Source: Promethearchaeota archaeon
Lineage (GTDB): Archaea; Asgardarchaeota; Hermodarchaeia; Hermodarchaeales; Hermodarchaeaceae
Direction of reading: 5' to 3'
Length of the DNA stretch: 64,000 bases
Assembly (NCBI GenBank): GCA_048939625.1
Contig: JBHLPH010000009.1
Coordinates: 16,400-80,399, forward strand
The notes below the pieces were generated by a model. That model worked only from the letters and a program-made list of their open reading frames with translations, was not told the origin of the DNA and ran no database searches. The stretch's first letter is position 1. Each line of letters begins with the position of its first letter. The position numbers and the translations under genes were made by a program. Positions 20,786 through 28,496 of the stretch are shown one piece after another.

Positions 20786-22853
20786 AACAAATCAGCCAGT
20801 AATAATAGGATTCGACATTCTTCCAAAAAGCTCCCCTTCCGCACGAAGATCACCTCGCTATGCTTTGGCTACAATAAATGAGGAGGGGCAATTAGTGGTT
20901 AACAGCCCAATAACACGCACAGAAATGCTAAAGCAAATTCGTCGAACCAAACCGGAAATACTTGCTACTGATAATCTCTTTGAGCTAGCTTCCACTGAGA
21001 AAGAGGTTATCGATTTTCTCTCGAAAATTCCTTCAAAAACCCGAATTATGCAGGTAACAGGATCCCCGATACATGGCCTGACATCACTAACAAAGCTAGC
21101 AAAAAGACAGGGACTCAAAGTACACAGTCACCCAGAACCCGTAGAATCTGCAAAACTAATTGTACAACTTGCTGCATTAGGGATTGGAACCGAAGTTTCA
21201 GTCTTAGCACGAGAAACTCGTGTTATTGTTTCACGAGCTCGTAATATTGGTCCTGGTGGTTTTTCTCAGGCGCGTTTTCAAAGACGAATGCATGGAGCAA
21301 TTCAACAAGTTTCACGAAGTATAATTGAAAAAATCGGGAAAGCCCAGATCGATTATGATCAATTCGAGACACGAACAACCCATGGGCTATCTCGTTGTTT
21401 AATTCATGTTTATGAGTCCTATGACAATGTGAGTAAAATTATTCAATCGGAAATTAATCGAATTGCAGGTGTTGCCGTTCGAATTTCTCCCGTTAAACAT
21501 CGTACAATTTTGTATCAACAAAAGAAAGATATCAATGGCCATTATGATGCTCGTCGTTTACTTGTAATCGGTGTGGATGCTGGAACCACAGTTGGAATTG
21601 CGATTGCTGATATTAATGGGCGATTACTAGCACTCAATAGTGGTCGCGGGTTATCTCGGGGAGATGTTATTCGATATCTGGTCGAGTATGGAAAGCCAGT
21701 ACTAATAGCTGCTGATGTGTCTCCCGCACCCAGCTTTGTTGAGAAACTTACTACAACTCTGCAAACTCATCTGTTTGTTCCCGAACGACTATTATCAGTG
21801 GCAGAAAAACGAAAGCTCGCAAAATCCTTTGGTAAAGACTCGGATATTCAACCACGTAACGCTCATCAGCGTGATGCTTTAGCAGCTATAGCTAGTGCTT
21901 TCCAAGTTTATGGGCAAAGAATTGACTTGTTAAAAGCTAGAATTGCTAGCCTAGAACAAAAACACGATTTAACAGAAGCGGTGAAGATAGTGATACAGAA
22001 CGGGTCAATTCAGGAGGCCCTAGAAAAATCAGTTATTTCAGAAAAAGAAACAGTAACTGAAAAGGCAACAATACCACCTCCTTCAGACAGAATTACAGAA
22101 CCAACACTAGAACGTCTTCAGACCACAATTTCTCAATTACGCCGCCAAATCGAATCTCTTCAGCGTCAGCTCGGGTTTGAAAAATCAAAGTTTCTTCAAT
22201 CTCAAGAAGCATTAGAAGAGCTTAAGAAAGAATACCAACAAGCCAAACGCCAGTTGAATCGAATACTCACCGTTGAAAGACGAGAACAACGACGAGACGA
22301 ATTGATTCAAAGAAGAAATGCAGAGATCACACGATTACAGACATCAATGCAGAAAACAAATGCAAGATTACAAGTTGCAGAACAAATAATCTCAAACCTG
22401 AAACTAATGCGACAGCTTGAAAATCGGGGAGAAGTTCAACCACTCCTAGTTCTACAACATTTCTCTCAAGTAGAGATTAGACAATTAAAGACCCGGTATA
22501 CAAGAAAGAGAAGAAAACTTGTCTTAATACATGATCCAAGTGGAGGTGGGAGCTCAACAGCTGATCAATTAATCCAGTTCGGTGTTCAAGTTATCATCTC
22601 AAAAGGCATCATGTCGCATCTAGCCCTCGAGAAATTTACATCTGCTCAAATTCCGGTTCTTGATGCATCAAAACTTCGAATCACGATGGTAGATGAGTTT
22701 GCAGTAGTAAATATTGAGGAATTGGAAAAGGAAATTAGTCGTTGGCAAAAACTTCACAAGATTTCAGAACACGAAGAAGCTGCAGACTCTTTAGAACGTC
22801 TTATTGACGAATACCGAGAAGAAAGACGGAATCAGGAATCTAAAAGAAAATAG
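20778..22853 (+). CDS. DUF460-domain protein (RNase H-like fold plus coiled coil)
   Basis: GPGGFSQARFQR, IGVDAGTTVGIA, HQRDALAA, long coiled coil. Confidence 0.88.
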   Translation: MTKTNQPVIIGFDILPKSSPSARRSPRYALATINEEGQLVVNSPITRTEMLKQIRRTKPEILATDNLFELASTEKEVIDFLSKIPSKTRIMQVTGSPIHGLTSLTKLAKRQGLKVHSHPEPVESAKLIVQLAALGIGTEVSVLARETRVIVSRARNIGPGGFSQARFQRRMHGAIQQVSRSIIEKIGKAQIDYDQFETRTTHGLSRCLIHVYESYDNVSKIIQSEINRIAGVAVRISPVKHRTILYQQKKDINGHYDARRLLVIGVDAGTTVGIAIADINGRLLALNSGRGLSRGDVIRYLVEYGKPVLIAADVSPAPSFVEKLTTTLQTHLFVPERLLSVAEKRKLAKSFGKDSDIQPRNAHQRDALAAIASAFQVYGQRIDLLKARIASLEQKHDLTEAVKIVIQNGSIQEALEKSVISEKETVTEKATIPPPSDRITEPTLERLQTTISQLRRQIESLQRQLGFEKSKFLQSQEALEELKKEYQQAKRQLNRILTVERREQRRDELIQRRNAEITRLQTSMQKTNARLQVAEQIISNLKLMRQLENRGEVQPLLVLQHFSQVEIRQLKTRYTRKRRKLVLIHDPSGGGSSTADQLIQFGVQVIISKGIMSHLALEKFTSAQIPVLDASKLRITMVDEFAVVNIEELEKEISRWQKLHKISEHEEAADSLERLIDEYREERRNQESKRK

Positions 22854-22858
22854 AAGTT

Positions 22859-23119
22859 CTATTCTTTGTTTTCCCAGATGATTTGTGTGAGATCTGGTTT
22901 TATGTATAGGATGTTATTCCCTCGGATTAAAACCTCACCAAATTTAGCAGTTGGATTGCCATCCATTAGTTCCTCAGCCCCTTCCAATACGAGATTCATG
23001 TACATGTCAATTTCTTTAAGGCGTCCTCGGTATTCTTTCCCGTCTTTAAGTTTGATTAGAACTAGGTTACTAGCTGCTTTTTGTAAAATCTTGATGGGCT
23101 GGTTCTCCACGGTTTTCAA
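22859..23119 (-). CDS. Sm-like (LSm/SmAP) protein
   Basis: KLKDGKEYRGRL..IDMYMNLVL (Sm1) and VLIRGNNILYI (Sm2). Confidence 0.95.
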   Translation of the reverse strand: MKTVENQPIKILQKAASNLVLIKLKDGKEYRGRLKEIDMYMNLVLEGAEELMDGNPTAKFGEVLIRGNNILYIKPDLTQIIWENKE

Positions 23120-23204
23120 CCTCGAGAGTAGTTCTGCTAATTGTTGAATGCCACTTAAAGCTAACGGTCGAATAGACAGTTACATAGAGCTGAATAGATT
23201 TAAC

Positions 23205-23738
23205 TCACGAGAGCTGTACAAGCACCCCATCATCTTCCTCGGCGAGGCCTTCAAACCTTCTAATTATGGTATAATTCATCTTAAGAAGGGCTTCAATTTC
23301 TTGGACAGGAAGAATTCTCGATAGGCTGGTCACTGCAAGCGTTCCGTCTTTTTGGAGGACTCGGGTGAGTTCTTCAATGCCCAAACGCACATCTAGTAGG
23401 TTTTGAAGCATTGTTATACTAATCACAGTAGGCATACAATGTGCCCTAAAAGGTAAAGCTTCGGCAACAGCACACACAAAACATACCAAAGACGAACGAT
23501 GTTTCCACTCCTCGTTTCGTCTCATGGCTTCTCCAAGCATTTCAATCGATCCATCGACACCTACAACAGGAGAAAGTCCTATCAATGAGGGCAATCCGAT
23601 TCCGGTTCCCACACCAACATCAAGAATGGGTCCTTGTTGTAGAAATGGCATAATTGCTTGATATTTTTGCTTTTGAATCTTCAGATACCGCTTATGGTAT
23701 GTAAGCGCCGATTCGTTATACAATCGAACTTTTCGCAC
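23205..23738 (-). CDS. Class I SAM-dependent methyltransferase
   Basis: ILDVGVGTG, VGVD.S.EML, AEALPF. Confidence 0.85.
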   Translation of the reverse strand: MRKVRLYNESALTYHKRYLKIQKQKYQAIMPFLQQGPILDVGVGTGIGLPSLIGLSPVVGVDGSIEMLGEAMRRNEEWKHRSSLVCFVCAVAEALPFRAHCMPTVISITMLQNLLDVRLGIEELTRVLQKDGTLAVTSLSRILPVQEIEALLKMNYTIIRRFEGLAEEDDGVLVQLS

Positions 23739-23778
23739 AATCTCTATCTTCGAGTGAATACTTATTTAGAATTATGGA

Positions 23779-24615
23779 ATGACTTCGACGGGAAAGACTT
23801 TGTCAAAACCACGATTCTCTATTGATGATAAGATATGGCTCCGCCAATCCCCTTCTCTCGAAGAGGCCAGTGTATTAATTCAAAATGCAATTTCACAAAA
23901 ACGTTTCATCCTAATTATTGGAGTTTGTTTTGTTGAGTACCAGGGGCGAGCCCGTTCAATTCTAACTGAAGGGGAACGCCTTGTTCTCATAAAACGGGAT
24001 GGCACGATACTTGTGCATAAGGAAAGTGGGGTTGAACCATTAAATTGGCAACCGCCTGGTGCAACAATGAAAGTCACATACGAGGAGGATACTCTCATTC
24101 TTTATGCTAATCGTGCTAAACCCCGTGAAACTGTTCGTATTGAATTTTCCTCCCTCACAATGCTAAGTGCTAGCCTGTTAGATGATCCAGGTGAATTCAG
24201 TATGTATCTAACTGAAGATGAAATGCAACAGGTTCTTAGCACCCACCCCGAACTTATTGAGCCTGGTCTCCGGACCATTGGTCGAGAGCGTCAAGTCGCT
24301 CCCGGGTTCATTGATATATTTGCTCGCGATAGTGACGGACGTTTAGTGATTATTGAGGTGAAGCGCCGTCGAGCTGACAGCGAAGCAGTGCACCAACTTC
24401 ATGGCTATCTCAAAAGCTTTCAGAGTGAAGAGGGTACAGATATCCGAGGAATACTTGTTGCTCCAAGTCTTACTAAAGGTACTTTCACACTCTTAGAACA
24501 ACTTGGTTTGGAATATCGCAAAATTGAACCACAACAATGTGCAGCATATCTGCTTCAGAATAGTTCACATAAACTAACCGATTTCATTGCAAATTCGGAA
24601 CCAGACGAAGGCTAG
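23779..24615 (+). CDS. nucS: Endonuclease NucS/EndoMS
   Basis: YQGRARS, KRDGTILVH, P.NWQPPG, IDI..D..IIEVKR, QL..Y. Confidence 0.95.
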   Translation: MTSTGKTLSKPRFSIDDKIWLRQSPSLEEASVLIQNAISQKRFILIIGVCFVEYQGRARSILTEGERLVLIKRDGTILVHKESGVEPLNWQPPGATMKVTYEEDTLILYANRAKPRETVRIEFSSLTMLSASLLDDPGEFSMYLTEDEMQQVLSTHPELIEPGLRTIGRERQVAPGFIDIFARDSDGRLVIIEVKRRRADSEAVHQLHGYLKSFQSEEGTDIRGILVAPSLTKGTFTLLEQLGLEYRKIEPQQCAAYLLQNSSHKLTDFIANSEPDEG

Positions 24616-25157
24616 CTAATACATGACCAGGCGATTTGTCTAAAGGCATCAGTAACACCCTGCCCTTCCTTCGCACTAGTCTCAAAATATCCCCAACCAA
24701 GCTGTTGTGCGTACGCCATTCCTTCATCAGTTGTAATCTGGCGTTCAACAGTTAAATCCACTTTGTTAGCCAACAACACAGTTGGTACAGCACCGGTAAC
24801 CTGAGACACTTCGGTATACCACGCGGGGAGAGCATCAAATGTCTGACGGCGAGTCACATCATATACTAAAATCACACCTGCTGCTCCCCGATAAAATACC
24901 GGACGAACCGAACTAAAATGTGGTTGTCCAGCAAGATCCCATAACTGTAATCTGACTAGCGTATCTCCAAAATCGAGTTCTTTGACCGCGAAACTCGTAC
25001 CAACTTTCATGTCCCATCTGAATTACAGATGGAATGTCATGATGTACGATTCGCGGAAATGTCCTTCAGTGTAACGGATGATAAGGCTGGTTTTTCCAAC
25101 AGCCCCATCACCGACAACACAGACTTTGAGAACATACTGGCGTTGTTGTACACTCAT
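24612..25157 (-). CDS. Rab-like small GTPase, intron-containing: exon 1 25157-25036, exon 2 25005-24612; predicted spliced product 171 aa
   Basis: ATG 25157 after AGGAG; KVCVVGDGAVGKTS (G1), YIMT|VGTSF (G2/RabF1 after removing 30 nt), RLQLWDLAGQ (G3), FYRGA, LVYDV, NKVD, ETSAK. The ORF track shows only the 3' part because of an in-frame TAA inside the insert. Confidence 0.9.
25006..25035 (-). other. Putative 30-nt bulge-helix-bulge (BHB) mRNA intron
   Basis: Minus strand CGTACAT CATG AC^A TTCCATCTG TAATT CAGATGGGA CATG AA^A GTTGGTACG: 4-bp CATG/CATG central helix, two 3-nt bulges, 9-bp intron stem; canonical cleavage restores ATG ACA GTT GGT. Confidence 0.85.
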
Positions 25158-25327
25158 GTAGCCTTGCTCCTAGCGAGGGCTCAGTTTGTTTGACTTTCGT
25201 TTGTAAGCATATATTGGTTTCGTTCATCATGGGCATTTAGGGGTAGGTAATTAATTTCGCCCAATGATTTTTATGCTGTTGAAGATTCGTAGCCTTACGA
25301 TAGGAATTTATGGAGTAGCGTTTTACA

Positions 25328-28300
25328 ATGCCGGTTTCAGAGCTCCCAAAGAAATTCGATATTCCTTCCTTAGAACAGGAGATACTGCAGTTCTGGAAGA
25401 AACACCAAGTGTATGAAAAAGTCACTGAACTACTTCGTGATCGTCCTATCTTCCAATTCCTGGATGGTCCACCCTATACAACTGGTGCCATTCACCTTGG
25501 AACAGCTTGGAACAAGATCATGAAAGATTTAATTCTAAGGTATCACCGAATGCGAGGTTTTCGAGTTATCGATACACCGGGATATGACATGCATGGATTA
25601 CCCATAGAGGTTCATGTTGAGAAAGAGCTGGGAGTTAAATCGAAACTTGATATTGAAAAGACAATTGGAGTTGACAAATTCATCCAAAGGTGTCAAGAAT
25701 TTGCGCTCTCAAATTTAGATACTATGACGAAGCAATTTCAGCGATTAGGAGTTTGGATGGATTGGAATCGTCCTTACCGAACAATAGATAATCCCTACAT
25801 TGAAGGAACTTGGTACTTGATGAAAAAGGCCCATGAACGCGGTTTCCTGTACCGGGGGTTGCGTTCTATTGATTGTTGTGTTCGGTGTGAAACAGCCATT
25901 GCGAAACGAGAACATGAGTATCATACCATTGAAGATTATTCAATTTGGGTTAAGTTCCCGATTGTTGATCGACCAAACGAATTCATAGTCATTTGGACCA
26001 CAACGCCTTGGACGTTACCGGCTAATATGGGCGTAATGGTCAATCCCGACTTCGAATATGTCAGAATTCGTGTGGATGATGAAGTATGGATTCTCGCAAA
26101 AGGACTTGCAAATGTTATTCTCCAAGCACTCTTAGACAAATCTTACGAAGTTCTTGAAGTAGTAAAAGGCTCAGATCTTCTCGGTCTCCGCTATAAACAT
26201 CCCTTGACAGAGGAAGTTCCTCGTCAAGCAGAATTCCATCAAGAATATACTAAAGTGCATTCTATTGTTCTAAGCGATGAATATGTTACTCTAGAACAAG
26301 GAACAGGTCTAGTTCACATGGCGCCTGGACATGGTCCCCAAGACTTTGAAGTGGGTGAACGGGAAGAAATTCCTATTTTCTGTCCAGTTACGCTTTCTGG
26401 TGTTTTTTCAAAGGATGGTGGAAAATACGCAGGGATGAAGGTTCAAGAAGCCAATGAAGTAATTCTTACTGATCTACGAAAGAAAGGCCTGCTAGTTCAC
26501 CAAGATACCATTGAGCACGAATACGCTCACTGCTGGCGATGTGGTAGCCCATTAGTCTATCTCGCTACAGATCAATGGTTCTTACGGGTGAGCGACCTTC
26601 GTAACGAGATAATCAAAAAGAATGAGGGTGTCCGATGGATACCTGATTGGGCAGGGCATACATGGTTTCGAAACTGGGTGCAAAATCTTCGGGATTGGTG
26701 TATATCACGACAACGTTATTGGGGCTCACCTCTACCCATTTGGACCTGCGATAAATGCGATCATATCGAAGTTATCGGTAGTGCAGACGAATTAGCTGAA
26801 AAAAGTGGAAAGGTTGTTGAAAACCTTCATAAACCCTGGATTGATGAACCAACCTGGGGCTGTCCAAAATGTAAGGGTACAATGTCCCGGGTTCGCGATG
26901 TTTTAGATGTGTGGTTAGAAAGTGGATCTGCACCTTGGGCCACACGGTGGGCAACATATGGCACGAAAGATTTTGACAATTGGGAAACAGCGGAATTTAT
27001 CATTGAAGGCAAGGATCAAGTTAGCAGTTGGTTCAACACGCTCTTCAACTCAACTATGCTAGTTTCAGATCGAGAACCTTACAGAAACGTGTATATGCAT
27101 GGATTCACCACCGATGAACATGGGCGACCGATGTCAAAATCAAAGGGTGTTGGAGTATTACCCGATGAAATAGTAGAGAAAGTAGGCGCAGAGACTCTCC
27201 GAATCTACAGCATCAAAAGTACCAGTCCCGGTGAAGACATGCATTTTCTATGGAAAGATGTTGAGGATACACGACGAAGCCTATCGATTTTATGGAACGT
27301 CTACGTTTTTGCTACTACTTTCATGAAAGCTGCGAACTACGATCCCAAGAAGCACAAATTTGAACCTAATAAGTTCCAGGATGAGGATCGTTGGATTCTT
27401 TCTCAGCTAAATCACCTCATCGAACAAGTAAGTGAGCGATTGGATAATTACGAATTACCATATGTCCCTCGGTTGATGGAAGACTTCATAGTCCGTGATC
27501 TTAGTCGATGGTATATCAAACTCATTCGTCCGAGAACTTGGATAAGCTCTAAAGATGAAACCAAAACTGCTGCATTCACAACGTTATACCATGTATTACG
27601 TACGCTTCTGAGAGTTCTTGCTCCAGTTTTACCGTTTTTAACAGAGAAGATGTATCAGACACTTGTTCGTTCTGTCGAACCTGATGCACCAATTAGTGTT
27701 CATATGCTCTCTTGGCCGTCTTCGGATTCGAAATTAATTGATCCCGAATTAAGCCAAGAAATGGAGTGGGTATCTGAAATCGTTGAAACCACACAGTATA
27801 TTCGCCAAGAAGAAGGGATAAAACTGCGGTGGCCTTGTCAACGCCTAATAATAGTACCATCAAAGAAGGAATTTCAATTAGACCACTTTAGCGAAGTTGT
27901 CGCCAATCAAACTAATGTTAAAACCGTAGATATTCAGAAAAGCGCAAAGGGGAAATCATTGAAAGAGAAGGAACTTTCCTTTGCTACATTATATCTTGAT
28001 ATATCAGAATCTCCTGAACTCCGCGCCGAACGCCTTTCCCGAGATTTAATCCGTCAAATCCAAGCCACTAGAAAAAGGGAAGGTCTTCACGTGACACAAA
28101 ACATCGAGCTCTATGTAGCATCTCCTTCAGAGGATATTAGACAGGCGATAAAGGATATGAGTGAAGCCATCTCAACGAAAGTAGGAGCAATTAAGTTGAG
28201 TATTAATGAAAGTATACCTGAGATAGCAAAAGCTGCTAAAGGAAAACTAACATTCAATGACCTTGAAATTAGCTTCACCTTTATCGTACAAAAGGAATAG
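25328..28300 (+). CDS. ileS: Isoleucyl-tRNA synthetase
   Basis: DGPPY, HLGT (HIGH-like), WTTTPWTLPAN, GTGLVHMAPGHG, WCISRQRYWG, PMSKS. Confidence 0.97.
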   Translation: MPVSELPKKFDIPSLEQEILQFWKKHQVYEKVTELLRDRPIFQFLDGPPYTTGAIHLGTAWNKIMKDLILRYHRMRGFRVIDTPGYDMHGLPIEVHVEKELGVKSKLDIEKTIGVDKFIQRCQEFALSNLDTMTKQFQRLGVWMDWNRPYRTIDNPYIEGTWYLMKKAHERGFLYRGLRSIDCCVRCETAIAKREHEYHTIEDYSIWVKFPIVDRPNEFIVIWTTTPWTLPANMGVMVNPDFEYVRIRVDDEVWILAKGLANVILQALLDKSYEVLEVVKGSDLLGLRYKHPLTEEVPRQAEFHQEYTKVHSIVLSDEYVTLEQGTGLVHMAPGHGPQDFEVGEREEIPIFCPVTLSGVFSKDGGKYAGMKVQEANEVILTDLRKKGLLVHQDTIEHEYAHCWRCGSPLVYLATDQWFLRVSDLRNEIIKKNEGVRWIPDWAGHTWFRNWVQNLRDWCISRQRYWGSPLPIWTCDKCDHIEVIGSADELAEKSGKVVENLHKPWIDEPTWGCPKCKGTMSRVRDVLDVWLESGSAPWATRWATYGTKDFDNWETAEFIIEGKDQVSSWFNTLFNSTMLVSDREPYRNVYMHGFTTDEHGRPMSKSKGVGVLPDEIVEKVGAETLRIYSIKSTSPGEDMHFLWKDVEDTRRSLSILWNVYVFATTFMKAANYDPKKHKFEPNKFQDEDRWILSQLNHLIEQVSERLDNYELPYVPRLMEDFIVRDLSRWYIKLIRPRTWISSKDETKTAAFTTLYHVLRTLLRVLAPVLPFLTEKMYQTLVRSVEPDAPISVHMLSWPSSDSKLIDPELSQEMEWVSEIVETTQYIRQEEGIKLRWPCQRLIIVPSKKEFQLDHFSEVVANQTNVKTVDIQKSAKGKSLKEKELSFATLYLDISESPELRAERLSRDLIRQIQATRKREGLHVTQNIELYVASPSEDIRQAIKDMSEAISTKVGAIKLSINESIPEIAKAAKGKLTFNDLEISFTFIVQKE

Positions 28301-28310
28301 GTGTGCCAAT

Positions 28311-28320
28311 ACATTTAAGC
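28311..28320 (+). promoter_or_regulatory. Putative TATA box of the tRNA gene
   Basis: ACATTTAAGC about 30 nt upstream of the tRNA 5' end. Confidence 0.45.
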
Positions 28321-28377
28321 TAAGGGAAATTATCTCAACTTCCATAAGGGCACGTGGCTTAGCCTGATGGAGCGCCG

Positions 28378-28408
28378 AACTACCGCGCTTAACGCGTGGA
28401 GTGTGTAT
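28378..28408 (+). other. tRNA intron 1 (non-canonical position 29/30, 31 nt, relaxed BHB)
   Basis: Central helix GCGC/GTGT, bulges CG^A and AT^G, intron stem ACT..CGCG-CTTAA-CGCG..AGT. Confidence 0.75.
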
Positions 28409-28416
28409 GCCTTATA

Positions 28417-28454
28417 TGGAGTCGCTCCGAACATTCGTTTGCGAAACCTAGGTA
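28417..28454 (+). other. tRNA intron 2 (canonical position 37/38, 38 nt, BHB)
   Basis: Central helix CTTA/TAGG, bulges TA^T and TA^A, intron stem GG..CGC/GCG..CC, exon helix CCGGC/GCCGG once intron 1 is removed. Confidence 0.8.
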
Positions 28455-28496
28455 AGCCGGAGGTCGCGGGTTTGAATCCCGCCGTGCCCACCACTC

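Larger units (their letters stand above)
28348..28493 (+). tRNA. tRNA-Ile(UAU) with two introns (28378-28408 at 29/30; 28417-28454 at 37/38) and encoded CCA; mature length 77 nt
   Basis: Acceptor GGGCACG/CGTGCCC-A-CCA; D stem GCTT/GAGC; T arm GCGGG-TTTGAAT-CCCGC; after splicing the anticodon arm is CCGGC-CT-TAT-AA-GCCGG. Confidence 0.85.

Noticed and set aside
24612-25010. ORF-track 132-aa protein as the complete GTPase
   Set aside because: It lacks G1 and the G2 Thr; these are encoded in the same frame upstream of the 30-nt insert, and its ATG lies inside the predicted intron
25023-25025. Stop-codon readthrough or Sec/Pyl recoding in the Rab-like gene
   Set aside because: The codon is TAA, not TGA or TAG, and readthrough would leave 10 extra residues in switch I
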